A stretch of DNA of 64,000 bases from Octopus sinensis (lineage: Eukaryota). Below, piece by piece: positions 14,582 to 27,874 of the stretch. The notes under the pieces are model-generated. The model had not been told where the DNA came from, searched no databases, and saw nothing but the letters and a program-made list of their open reading frames with translations. The first letter of the stretch is position 1, and every line of letters starts with the position of its first letter. Position numbers and translations under genes: made by a program. The DNA lies in assembly GCF_006345805.1 (NCBI RefSeq), contig NC_043004.1:23932001-23996000 (forward strand). The letters are read 5' to 3'.

Positions 14582-16809
14582 TGTGCGTGTGTATGTGTTT
14601 GTGTGTGTGTGTGTTTCATTTTCATATCAATAGTAACTATACTCTGCTGTGATCACTTTCTTATACCTAACGCTAAAATAAGGGAAAGTATGTACTGCGG
14701 TATGTTATACCTGATAATTACACACACACACATTCGCAAACACACACACACAAACACAAACAGAAACTCGCACACACAAACGCATAAGCACATAGATATG
14801 TGTAGTTAAATATTTATATATGAATGTTTCCTCATACTTTTAGTCACACTATCGCCACAACCTTACATTTGAAAATTGATATTTCTGGCTTATATAATTC
14901 CACACTGCTTAACTGCTCATGAATTGGCCATAAACACGAAACCGCCGCCATCTGCAACATTAATATCTATAACATCGTCATGTCTTGTTGGTACTTTTAG
15001 CAAAATATGTTGGCATGGAACTGGTTAACACGTCAAAATTCTGAAGACTGGAATACAGGGGATTGTAATGACTTTGGATACGATTATTGGCATATTTCAT
15101 GATAGTTACACACTGCTTTCATATATGGTGTCATGTTCTAGCTACACCATTAGCATACAACTTTAATATTATATAAACATATTATATATCATTCCAAATG
15201 TTACCGGAGTAAAAATATGATATATAACATCATGAATTTAGACTGTTTACTACCATCTAAACATGCCAACAACTCACATAAATATTTACATGCATGTTTG
15301 TTTTTAAAATGTATATGCTGAAAGACGTGTGTATTTTGGTGGTGCTCATAATCAACTGGAGTTTTATTGCCACGATATTGCCACAGATAATTTAGCCTTC
15401 ATCTACCTTCTGAAACTATATAAGCGTGAGTCGGTAATTTGATTAAACGGAAAGTCTGCGGCAGACTCTCATATATATATATATATGTGTGTGTGTGATA
15501 AAGCTATGATAATAAAAATCCAGTTGCCTATGTGCACCAACTACATATATAAAATATATTATGGCCAGTATATTTTACCGTTTATTTGCAATTAGACTGC
15601 AGCAATGCTGGGAGCAATACTTTGAAGAATTATTGCCGAATCAATACACCCAAGAACTTATTATTTGTTTTAAAGCCCAGCACTTATTCTATCGGTTCAT
15701 TTCACCGAACCACTATGTTACGGGGATGTAAACACACGTAAGCCTATTTAGAAACTATGATAAGCTACAAACACAAACGCACACGCATACACACACACAT
15801 ATTTTTTATCACCTTCCATCAAATCCGCTTGCAAGTATTTGATCGAACCGTGGCTATATAAGAAGATTCTTGTCCATGATGCCGCGCAGAGGGACTCAAT
15901 AGGAAGCTTGGTGGTTTGAAAGCAAACGTCTTGGCACACAGAAACTCTTGCGCCTCTTTGATGCACACACCCATACACACATTCACTTTTCCTATATGTA
16001 GTCATTTCATTGAGCCTATATTACGAAGAAACTACCTTCGGGAATTCCTGTCAGTCATATCAGCTGCAGTAGTTACTGTAGTGCAGCAGCGATATTAATT
16101 TCGCTGCTCATTGAATGACTAAGCAACCTTCTTTCAAGGCTAACAACTCCATACACCGGCTTGCGCATATATATATATACCAGTTATTCTGGTGCCAGTT
16201 ATTCTGTGCATGATACGTTTTGTGTGCAACAAAATGTTACATACACCAGATATACTCAACTCGTAATCATTGTAACTTATTCTACTGAATACTTTGCTGC
16301 AATGTTCATTCCAATATACTTTCGTTTACAATACTCCGGTAACATTTTTACTCCAGCAGTCCATAGCGAGTGCTGTACCACAATTCAAGGAATGAAAAAA
16401 AGTTTTTTTTTCTTTGATGTTCTGCATTGAGAAGTTTTAAAAGAAAGTAGGTGCTATTTTAAAGACGTTGGCAAATTAAAGATTCAACAAGAGTTAAATT
16501 AAATCCTACATAATTAATTATTACATTTTATATTATTCTCTACAACGTCTTTAATTTTACTACAACTTTATAAGAAACTTTTTCGGAGCCAATGGAAAAT
16601 GATAAAGAAATACTCTGACTTTGTTGCCATTTTGATATAGTTATTCTCACTGTTGCATAGTTTCAGCTTCAATGTGCTTATATATGGATCGTAGTTACTC
16701 AAGTGAACATCAAGATAATATTCACATTCTGCTATTTTAATTTTGCCATACTTTGAGGACAATACTGCACGGTATGATAAGAAGCATGGATTCGTTTACA
16801 GAGAACAAG

Positions 16810-17160
16810 TTCACAGTGTGGACAAATTGTGTTAGTGTGGAGATGTTGTGACACTGTAGGTATGCTTTGACCGTCTCCAAGTTTTTATTTTGTTTGTGTG
16901 TAGACTTGTGATAGTCTGGACAGATTTTGGCAATGTGGAAATGTTGGAATAGTGTACACATCGTGTAACTGTGTGGAGATCTGCTACTGTGAATATATGT
17001 CTATACGAACATGTAATAGTGTAGCATGCTGTAAAAATTTTGACATAGAGCAACAAGGATGTTATGACTGTGTGGACATATTGTGATAGTATGGACATCT
17101 TGTGAAACTCTGAGCATATTGTAACAGTGTTGATGCATTTTGCCGTGTGGTAATTTAGAC
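16810..17160 (+). repeat. Degenerate 18-19-bp minisatellite (GTGTGGACATNTTGTGACA-like)
   Basis: Recurring gtgtggacaaattgtgtta / gtgtggagatgttgtgaca / gtgtggacatattgtgata / gtatggacatcttgtgaaa. Confidence 0.6.
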
Positions 17161-17392
17161 ATGTGAAAGTTTGGAATTGACCATGCAGGTTTTAATTTCT
17201 CATTGATAAGTTTTAAAAGGTGCAATCTCTTTTGCAGCCAGTACATCACATTTTCAGGCATTATAAAAGTTCCCCATATTTTAACAACAATTTAAATCTA
17301 TAGATAGCATGTATAATTTGTCTGATTATATTATTAGGTATATAATTAAATTTTCCTCAGTGTGTCTCAACATGTTGTAATGTTAATCTGAG

Positions 17393-17613
17393 TTGAAGGC
17401 GGACAGCAAGCAGAATCACTAGCACTCAGGGCAAAATGCTTAGCAGCATTTTGTCCGTCCTTATGCTCTGAATAAAAATTCTATCGGAATCGACATTGCT
17501 TTTCATCCTTTCGACGTCGATAAAATAAGTGCCAATTAAACACCGGTGTCTATTTAATCGACTTACCCCATTCCCCGAAATTGCTGGCCTTGTGCTAAAA
17601 TTTGAAACCAATA
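17393..17613 (+). mobile_element. Full-length SINE family B (tRNA-derived head)
   Basis: GGCGGACAGCAAGCAGAATCACTAGCAC head through ...GCCTTGTGCTAAAATTTGAAACCAAT tail. Confidence 0.85.
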
Positions 17614-18439
17614 TTAATCAAAATAAGCATTGGGTAGACTCACTTCCTAATATTTTCTGCTTAGATTAAAATATGTATCTGTCGAGTACTATGTCGATAC
17701 ACTCCCTGCAAGAATCCGACAAAAAGTTCAGATCTTGAGCGTATCTTACAGCCTCACGTTTGAGGAACGATATAAGCTCATTAAAATTCTTACTCATTAA
17801 GTGACAGGTACTGAATTATTTGCCCCAAGAAGAATGGAAAACAAATTTGAAATTCATCATTTGAAATCAGACAGTAAAATGACGCAATGTTATATAAAAA
17901 CAAAACAACCACGTAATGTGTTTTACCCAGTCAGTAAACAGCAGCGTATTATAATTGACTAAACTACTATAGTAAAGCATGCAGTAGAATGGATTAAACT
18001 CTGCACAGTGAGACATGTAGTTTTCTGGACTCAAATATGTGCCGTAAAATATTTAGATTAATGGATAACATATGTTACTTCATTAATTTTGTCGTTCTAT
18101 ATTCACTGTGTAAATGCCACCAGTGAAAACGTACCTTTCAATGAATAGTTGGTCAAATATGCTTCCCCGTCCTTATGTTTGGTGAAGCTGAAATCAATAT
18201 TGTGTATAATATTCTATATTGATTTCAATGGTTTCATTTGAAAAGGCGAGTAAAATGATAAGTGTTGGCGATGAGACTTGATACATGGGAAACTTTTACA
18301 ATGGCGTCTCTTTTAAACATTAGAAACAATACAAACAAAAATGTGTAATAAATGGATTTTTAGCAAACATAGATCAGAACTTATAACAAACGTATTTTTT
18401 AAAATCTTTTCTGCTAAAAAGAAAAATATGGGAAGAATA

Positions 18440-18491
18440 ATGTGTGTGTGTATATATATATATATACACACACATACACATATACGTAAAA

Positions 18492-18559
<68 letters not shown>

Positions 18560-18560
18560 T

Positions 18561-18612
<52 letters not shown>

Positions 18613-18910
18613 CATACATATATACATACATATATATATACATACACATATATATACATTTATATATACACATATATATATATATATATATATATAGATT
18701 TATGTGCATGAATGTATATGTATTTGTACATACCTACGCACATACACATGTATATGTGTGTCTGTCTTTATGTATATCTTCATATATATGTATTCACACA
18801 CACGTACACACTCATACACACACATATACATATATATGTGTGCGTGTATGCGTGTGTGTGTGTTTGTGTGTGAGTGTATTTATAAATACACACACATGCA
18901 TACACACGTA
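18440..18910. repeat. Compound (TG)/(TA)/(CA)/(CATA) microsatellite block
   Basis: Directly visible; source of YI/HT/CV pseudo-ORFs. Confidence 0.95.
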
Positions 18911-19774
18911 TTTAACCATTCTTTCTCATAAATTTCATTCATACATGCAAAATATATATTTATAAAAGACAGAAAAGTTGCAAAAATAAACGATATATGC
19001 CATGAAGAACTATTCCAATATACAATAATCTATTTTCTTAACTGGATATATAATTGAATTATTTTGCAAATAAAGGAATCTGGAAAGGTTTCAAACTGCC
19101 AAATCGTATTAAATTTCCTATACAAATAAGGAGGAATAAACTGAACATATTTGGATATATTACATTCCTTTCTCTGCATTTCTTTGGTCTCATTAACTTT
19201 CCTTTCGATTATTAATTGCTATTTTCATATATGATTTAATTTGGCGTTTTATTGTGTTGTAAATATATGAATAATATATTTTCATTAAATTGCTTAGGTA
19301 TTAGTATGAAGATTCTAGAGAGATCTGGCTGTTATATATTATTGGTTTATTTTGGTTAGGTACAATATAGAACTTTACTGCTCAGGCAGAGAAGAAAAAA
19401 ACGATACCCCAAAATCTTTTTGCAAAATCTCTGGAGTTATTCGAGAAGTAAGAGGAAGAATATATGCGTTATGGTCAGTTCGGAGACGTTGTCCAGATAT
19501 TTGCAAGAGAGCGTACTCCGCTAATAGGGGCGCATAACAAAGCGAATGAGTAGATATGTGAGAAAACAATCTACATGTCGTGACAGAGATTTTTCAAAAG
19601 GCATCTACGGTCCATTCCAAATGTGAAGAGACAGTAGTCTTAGAATATGCGGTGTATACATACTTTTAACTTGAAAATATATTTGTTGATTATATTATTA
19701 TATTTAGTGATTAAATGTTATAAAAATAGCATTATATATTTTAACGTCTTACTTTTTTTTTAATTTGTTGCAGT

Positions 19775-19967
19775 CATTTGACTGTGGCTATGCTGGTGCA
19801 CCGCTTTAGTCGAGCAAACCAGCCCCAGGACTTATTATTTGTAAGCCTAGTACTTATTTTATCGGTCTCTCTTGCCGAACCGCTAAGTTACAGGAACGTA
19901 AACACACCAGCATCAGTTGTCAAGCGATGTTGGGAGGGCAAACAGAGATACACAAACACATACACAA

Positions 19968-20029
<62 letters not shown>

Positions 20030-20115
20030 GACAGGCTTCTTTCAGTTTCCCGAAGCTATAGTAGAAGACACTTGTCGAAGTTGCCACGCAGTGGGACTGA
20101 ACCCGGAACCATGAT
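19775..20115 (-). mobile_element. Bipartite SINE family A (head, (TA)n(TG)n, tail)
   Basis: Head at about 20030-20115, microsatellite at 19950-20028, tail at 19775-19950. Confidence 0.85.
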
Positions 20116-20134
20116 TAATATAAATTTCAAATTT

Positions 20135-20337
20135 TCGCACAAACCCAGCCAATTCGGGGAAATGGGTAAGCCAATTACATGCACGCCTGTACATAGCTGG
20201 TACTCTTTTTATCGACCATGAAAGCATAGGAGGCAAAGTCGACCTCTGCAGAATTTGAATTCAGAACCTGAAGACGGAAGAAATCCTGCTAAGCATTTTG
20301 TCCGGCGTGCTAACGATTCTGCCAGCACTCCGCCTAA
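20135..20337 (-). mobile_element. SINE family B
   Basis: GGCAAAGTCGACCTC...GAATTTGAATTCAGAAC...GGCGTGCTAACGATTCTGCCAGC. Confidence 0.85.
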
Positions 20338-21336
20338 TGTCTCATATTGGTATTTCCCATCATATGTTGGAAAGACGTATGCAGACCAATCATGAGATAT
20401 CGAGTCCAGTCCGGTTGCATAACACGTTCGACAAGTGCCTCCTACTATGACTCCTACTTGTGACTCACAAGTTTTTTGGCAGACGGAAACTGAAAGAATG
20501 CTGTCACATGCACACACACAAAAGCACGCACACAGGCGCATGCATATACACACAGACGCGCGTGTGTAAGTGCGAATCTTTGTTTTGTTTCTATCCACCC
20601 CTACAACTCGACAATCTATGCTGTACAGCAAAAGTGACCGTTAGAATAAATAACCGATTTTAAAAAATAAATATACTCGATGGAGGTGGAGACGATTCTT
20701 TTCCAAAAGAACCTTTTAGGGTACTGCCCCAGCATTGGATGCTGTCAGGCGAATGATACAAGTAAAAGTTGAAAGATAAATTTAAACAGCCTTCATACAC
20801 TAAAAATAAGTCTTCTAGTAGGTGTCTGTTTGAAAGTGCATGCTTTCAATATGTTTCAATACAGGATATAAACCCGTTAAGAGGTATCATAATTCGCATT
20901 TAAGATATTAGTCTATTGGCAAAAAGAAAAATACAGAGCGATGTGATATGAATGTCCTCTATAACTGACACTTCGTGTAACGAGGATTACTAGGTTTAAT
21001 CAAATACAGTTTGATTAAGTCAGTTGATACTCACAATCACCACAAACTATAATACGTTATATCTAAATATGACATATATAATTACATTTAATTCAATGAG
21101 AACACATTTATGTCACTCATGTAAATTGATATATGCCAGAGAGAATTCCACCATTTATATACACACGTACAGATATAAATACATATATGTATATGTGTGT
21201 GTGTGTGTATGCGTGTGTGTATATAACAAGTGGAGCAATTTCTTGTATGTATCAATTTACATGAGTGACATATTTATTTTCATAAACGTGCTTTCATTTC
21301 ATTAAATGTAATTGTGTATATATATATATATATATA

Positions 21337-21705
21337 AGAATCGAAATCAATCAATGGAAATTGCAGATGTGTTACCAGTTCCGGTGACATGTAAGAGAAC
21401 CATCCGTTTGCGACCGTTGCCAGCGCCGCCCCGACTGGCCTCGTGCCGGTGGCACATAAAAAGCACCATCCGTTCGTGGCCGTTTGCCAGCTCTGTCTGG
21501 CACCTGTGCGGGTGGCACGTAAAAAGCACCCACTACACTCACGGAGTGGTTGGCGTTAGGAAGGGCATCCAGCCGTAGAAACACTGCCAGATCTGACTGG
21601 GCCTGATGAAGCCTTCTGGCTTCACAGACCCCAGTTGAACCGTCCAACCCATGCTAGCATGGAAAACGGACGCTAAACGATGATGATGATGATGATGATG
21701 ATGAT
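21337..21705 (+). mobile_element. Short retroposon with RTE-type (GAT)n tail
   Basis: GC-rich body with an internal duplication (GGTGGCAC.TAAAAAGCACC twice); ends ...GCTAGCATGGAAAACGGACGCTAAAC(GAT)n. Confidence 0.7.
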
Positions 21706-21900
21706 ATATGTATATATATATATATATATATACATAATACAAAATAGAACATGAACGCAAAACATCCAAATAGACGATACAAAAAACATTAATATTATGT
21801 ATAATAATATGTATATATATATATATATTAATATGTATTTATATATATATAACATATATATATATATATATATTCCTGATGTAAAGAGACAATAGTCTTA

Positions 21901-21964
<64 letters not shown>

Positions 21965-21966
<2 letters not shown>

Positions 21967-22929
21967 TGCAAAAGTACACAGCTGAATTTAAAATAGGAAG
22001 GAAGTCTTGAAGCTGAGGCAATGGTCTGGATGTCCTGCAACCATCACCATCGAGGAAAGCGATGATCGTGTTCAAGATATAGTGATGGGTTACATGTGAT
22101 TGACTATAAATCAAATAACCAGTGAGAGTTGAGAATATTTTGTACAATGAACTTGCATGATGAAGGTTCATGTTCGGTGGGTGACACGTCTTCAAACACC
22201 TCATCAATAGCACACCTGGCTGGTAAATTTACTGAGAAATCTGACATTGTTTGAGGCAGATCCACCTGATTTTCTTTAACGTTTCCTAACCCATGATTAG
22301 TGTTAGGTTCATCACTTTGAGCTAGCGACAAACAGACAATCCATGAAGTGGAAACACCCTCCTCATCTACTCCAAGGACGACCAAAGTCGTTTGATTTGC
22401 AGGGAAGGTGATGACCCCAGCTTTTTGATATACAAAAGATATTGTTTAGTGACTTTCTTTAATAGGGCCATCAATGAAGAATACTATACCAGCTTAGTAA
22501 GCCAGTTACGAAAGGCTATCGAAACCAAACACCCAGGAAAACTGACTAAAGGAGATTTATTTCAGCAGAACTACGCTCTAGCATAAAAGTCCTTGCTTCC
22601 AATGGCTGCCGTGTGTAAATGTAGGTTTGAACTTCTGAGCTAGCGTCCCTATTTTTTCGATATGGCCTCATCTGAATATAATCTGTTTCCCAACATGAAA
22701 AAACAACTGACCAGGAATTAGTATCGCAGTAATGATGACGTCATATCTGCCGTTGATGACATTTTTAGTTACAGGATGGCAGCTTTTCACTAATGGAATT
22801 CAAGCACTGCAGCACTGATGGAAGCTGCCTGTGGACTGCATAGGTGACTATGTTGAAAAATAAACCTCAGTTGGTCACATTCTAAGAGAGTATATTGGTC
22901 AGCCTATGAATTTTTACAGCTGACCCTCG
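21965..22929 (+). pseudogene. Degenerate mariner (Tc1/mariner) transposase with right terminal inverted repeat
   Basis: Frame-broken remnants: AEFK.GR, RWVTRLQTP, EYYTSLVSQLRKAIETKHPGKLTKGDLFQQNYA, ASSEYNLFPNMKK, GIQALQH, GDYVEK*. Ends TTTTACAGCTGACCCTCGT. Confidence 0.88.
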
Positions 22930-24938
22930 TGTGTGTATATATATATACATATATATATATTGTGTTTGTGTGTGTATGTGTATGTGTGTGTGTGTGTATG
23001 TGTGTGTGTGTGTATGTGTATGTGTGTGTGTGTGTATGTGTGTGTGTGTGTGAATATATGTATCCATCTAGACAGAAAATTTGCGAATAGAATGGAGTTT
23101 AAGGTATGCTAAGAGATTATACTTATAAACAAAACACTAAAAAAATGTGCCTAGATATTTGGCTGTATTCAGGAACGTAAAATACAAAGCTGGCAATAAA
23201 TTTATTCGAAAAGTCTATCCGTTGATTTATTTCAACCGCTGCCACTATCACAAATCTCTTAACATCAAATTAGTATTTTAGATTTAATGTGTATAAGTTA
23301 GCATCAGTTTTTACATTTCTTTTCTTTTCCCAAATTGACAGCACGTAAAACAACAGATGAACATTTTTTTTCAACTTGTACTAAGCTGACGAATATCATT
23401 AACATTAAGATTTTTCTCAGTTCCTTTTTCCCACTTTCAAACATTCAGAAAGAATTGACAGGTCTCTGAGGCAGTATCTGATGCAAGGTCTCTTAATGAA
23501 ATCTCGTCAATAAATGCTAAATTTATACACCTGCAAATTAGCATACAGTTGCTGGTACGTCAGATAAACTAATTGCATGTGAAGTATATTATCTATAGAA
23601 AATGCGATATCATGCTCAGCTTACTATTTGGATAAAAAATCTTAAAATTGCCTTAATCTAATATACTAGATTTTCTGTGTTTTATCCGTGTGGAAAACAT
23701 CTCATGATAATTGCTGTATATATGTTTACTTGCAATAATGTTAGTGGTGAACGTATTACTAGAGATGGTGTGATCCTATTAAATCCATTAAAACAGAACA
23801 TTTTTTTCAAAACATATAACTTCTTAGATTTAGGGTATTTCTCACTTCAAGAATTTGTTTGCTCTATTTTATATTTTGTTATCATATCATTGAATCCAGG
23901 TAATAGTTTGCTATCAACTCAATGTGTCTTGTCACTTCAAGTCATTAGTAGTCATTTTCTATGGTTTTTCATCAATTTACTATGCAATAATAAACTTCTT
24001 ATGAGAAAAATTAATGTGATTATTGTAATGTTCGTACCTTTTGCGAATTAATTAGCAACGTAATTATAGAAAGATGGCTGAAGCTACGAATCAAAAGAGT
24101 GTACCGGAACATGCCATGTTCCGCTCAACAAACATATAGTGCCAGCCTTTTTTTTTCTTTTTTGCCCATATGGAAGATACTTGAACCATGAGCTGAGACT
24201 ACAAGAGTGTTAACAACTGATCAGTTCTTGTAATGTTCAGTATGATACAGCCACACCCACTTGCAATATATCTGCGATTCTGTTGTTTTGCGACTAAGAA
24301 ATGGATAACGAATTCCTGGTGAATCCAATTAATGATTGGCTGTTTAGATAATTCACTCAAACTATTTCGTCACAACATATGGGTAGGAGAACAGCCCTGT
24401 GCTATACCATTCACTGTATCTAGGAATTTGGTACCCGCAACGGAGCAATTGTGCCCTTGCTTGTCCTTCCAGAAATAACTGCAATGTTAATGGATCCGCA
24501 AGATCATTAAAAAGAGGGCACGTTAATAGATACGATCTCTGGTGCACTGTATCTGATAAAATAAAGGTAGGGAATTAAATCTTACCATTAACCTCAGCAC
24601 CTAAACACTACTTCTTTCTATCGGCGCCGAAATAATGCAAGCTAAATTGGACTTCAGTGAGCTTAGAACTTAGAACATGCAAAACAAATTAGCTTTGGAT
24701 ACACTATCAGTAAATAAAATGGAATAATTTGCGGTAGAATGTCTTAGAAAGTAAATGTACTTGATCAGGACTGTCCGGAAGTTTAAGAAAACCAACAACT
24801 GAAATAACTAATTCAACTATATGTACTCCCGTTCCCCGCCTCTCCTCCTTGTACAAAATAGCAACATAGAAGCAATAAGAACAACAGTAAGTTTTGTTCT
24901 TTTTTTAGTAAGCAATGAAGAAAGTGACAATAACTTAC

Positions 24939-25050
24939 CTTCGGAACAGATCGATATTGAAGAAAACATATTCTCCGTTATGAAAATTCAGTTCAGCTGC
25001 TTTGATCATTATGTCTCGCACTGTATCGGGTGATGCACATAAAACAATGA
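24939..25050 (-). CDS. Internal coding exon of an atrial natriuretic peptide receptor-like / receptor guanylyl cyclase gene (ANF-receptor extracellular domain)
   Basis: ttcttttttcag|TC ATT GTT TTA TGT...TTC CGA AG|gtaagt; 112 bp, phase 1 to phase 2. Encodes (V)IVLCASPDTVRDIMIKAAELNFHNGEYVFFNIDLFR, matching the NPR-family motif (from memory, NPR-C VVIMCASSDTIRSIM...GDYAFFNIELF). The phase-1 intron before VIV.C matches the vertebrate NPR gene structure as I recall it. Confidence 0.92.
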
Positions 25051-26451
25051 CTGAAAAAGAAAAAAAGTGAAGAAAAAGTTGTATTAATGGATATGTTATT
25101 GATATTCTGGAGAGACATTCCAATCAATCACAGTATCGATTTAAATATCTCTATAAATACATAAAATATCTCTATTCTCACATATGTATGTGCTTGTGCA
25201 TATATATATATATGAGTGAGAAAAATGGCGGTGTGACAAAAATATAGAGATTAGAAAATGTATAATGCATATATGTATTGGTATAAATACAGTGGTCGGC
25301 CATTATATCCATATACCTTCACATACAGATACATATACATTAATATGCGTAGGTAGATGGTTTAGAACCTAAGCTAAAGGAAGTAAATGAAGTGGAAATA
25401 TAGAATAAATTCAGATATATCGGATACGTGGCGATGTACTAAATGACGTAAGCCACCAAATACTGATAGAATAGAAATTTGCATTTATAGAATGAAAAGG
25501 AAATACTTCAGCAACTGATAACGACGCTTAAAGAAAAGAGGAGAAACTTTCAAAAAACTTGAACAAATTTCAGTGAAAATTTATTTTGTATAAAAAGATT
25601 CTAACATTTCCTACCAGGCATTGTTCAGCCTTATCGAACATCATTAGTAAACCATGGCCTAATGAAGTATTTATTTTTATTTTTCAGTGTAAAATGTGAC
25701 GAGGAAAAATTTGGGCCAGTATAATATGCATATTCATGCAACGTGGTCTGATGGATATGACTCAAGATTATGTTATACACTCACCAGCTATATATGTTAC
25801 AGTTTAATTTATTACGAAAATTTTCATACAGCTTCAGTACATTTCATCTTATCTAAATTACATACATTAATGCAAGCATACATTCATGCGTGCACACACA
25901 CACGCACACACACATGAACATACACACACACATTATATATAAATATGCATGTGCATGGACATGTAAATACTCACAACGAATTGTAAATAAATTTTGGAGA
26001 GTGGAGACTGTGCGAAAGCCTGCCGTACATAATCTATTTATCTATCTCAGCCTGTTTGGCTATATCTTTCTTCTCTCTCTCCCTCTGTCTTTCTCTCTCT
26101 CCCTCTATTCCTTCCTCTCGCAACATATATATATGTATAAAGATATATATACATGTATGTACATATCGTTGCTATTATGTTAAACTGTCGTATGTCCAAG
26201 TTTAGCCAAATGCGTTTTTATCAACATATATTTTTGCTTACAATAGCCGGTTCTTTTGGGAAACTCTCCAGCGGTTTGAGATGCCAAGATATGTCAAAGT
26301 GTAGTACAACGTTGTTTGCTATGGAATGGTAAAGCTTTTTTTTTTATTCTGAAAAACAACGTTTTGAACTTACGACACTTTTGCATAATAGCAACGATAT
26401 GTAGGCTTGTATTCATGTATGTACGTATCTATTTACTTATCTACCAATGTA

Positions 26452-26555
<104 letters not shown>

Positions 26556-27105
26556 TTTGTCTGTCTGTATGTATGTCTGTCTAGGTATGTGTGTGTTTGT
26601 GTGTTTGTATTTGCATTTCGCTCCACTGTTAGTATGCGTATGTGTTTGTGTTTGTATTTCGCCTCACTGCTTGGCAATCGGCGTTAGTTTGTTTTCATCC
26701 AGCACTACCAATTAGTGGTTCTGCAAAAAGTATCGGTACAATATGCACCAGACTTTAGAAAATATGTACTGGGTTCTATTTATTTGCTACCAGTGTCATC
26801 GTAGGCTTTACTAGTAAATATACTGCAAATCATATGGTCTCACTTGAACATTTCCGCCAATCCCCCACCATCGATGGAACTACAGAACTTGAACATATCA
26901 CACACATCAGTAACTCCTTATTCTATCAACAGAACTCACTTTTGTTCTGTAATATGTAATATAACATTAAGATTCACAAGTTCTTTTTCTTCACAAAGTG
27001 TGAGTCAATTCTATTTCTTAATTTAGTATTGAGGATAGCCTCAATACTTTTCAATAAAAATAGTGGGCAGAAACTCTTCAGATGTATATACATACATGTA
27101 TGTAC

Positions 27106-27208
<103 letters not shown>

Positions 27209-27345
27209 GAGGGCATTATACATACATGCCAGGAGGCATACTACATACACGCCATACGCTAAGAGGGACAATCAGTCATTTCTACCAAAAATATTACTAA
27301 TCCCACCGAATGCAATTTTTCAAAGAAAGACATTTAAAAATATAT

Positions 27346-27393
27346 AGACCTGTATCACAGTGATTTCATACTTACGTAATCATCAGCAGGCCT
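27346..27393 (-). ncRNA. Type I hammerhead ribozyme motif, copy 1
   Basis: AGGCCUG-CUGAUGA-U UAC GUAA GUA U-GAAA-UCAC U GUGA-U-A^-CAGGUCU; predicted cut between 27353 and 27352. Confidence 0.78.
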
Positions 27394-27826
27394 GAATATA
27401 CTATAAATAAACAACGACCCCGCTTCGCTTAAGCCGATCAGCTAACTGATCAACATCAACGAGGCACATGGTTGAGTTTATATATACTATATCCGGATGA
27501 ATGGCAAACTTTTACGAATTGCATTTCGGGAGAGGAAAAGTTTTTTCGGAATAAAAATTTAGCAATTAAGGACAACTACTTAATAAGGAAAACTTAACAA
27601 GAATTTGTCAGGTAGATAGCGTAAAAACCTCATAAGAGAAAAAATTTCGAAAATAATTATTTCTTATTGAACATATTAATTTATATATAGAGGGCATTAT
27701 ACATACATGCCAGGAGGCATTCTACATACACGCCATACGCTAAGAGGGACAATCAGTCATTTCTACCAAAAATATTACTAATCCCACCGAATGCAATTTT
27801 TCAAAGAAAGACATTTAAAAATATAT

Positions 27827-27874
27827 AGACCTGTATCACAGTGATTTCATACTTACGTAATCATCAGCAGGCCT
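27827..27874 (-). ncRNA. Type I hammerhead ribozyme motif, copy 2
   Basis: Identical to copy 1 and 481 bp away; predicted cut between 27834 and 27833. Confidence 0.78.

Noticed and set aside
17393-17480. tRNA-like A/B boxes in SINE heads
   Set aside because: No cloverleaf or anticodon arm, and followed by SINE body; not tRNA genes.
18341-18965. Long ORFs rich in YI/IY, CV, HT, YLSI (also 43935-44299, 49458-50038, 62084-62635 and others)
   Set aside because: Translations of microsatellites, which lack stop codons; not proteins.
24362-24560. Acceptor-like site and 61-aa ORF just downstream of the receptor exon
   Set aside because: The phase-2 reading needed to continue the exon hits a stop after 14 codons, and the open frame is not NPR-like.
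27365-27410. Perfect GTAAGTA splice donor and upstream AG in the 481-bp unit (possible 25-nt micro-exon)
   Set aside because: GTAAGTA is the loop and 3' strand of hammerhead stem II, and 25 nt would shift the frame. Cryptic splicing is not excluded but has no support.
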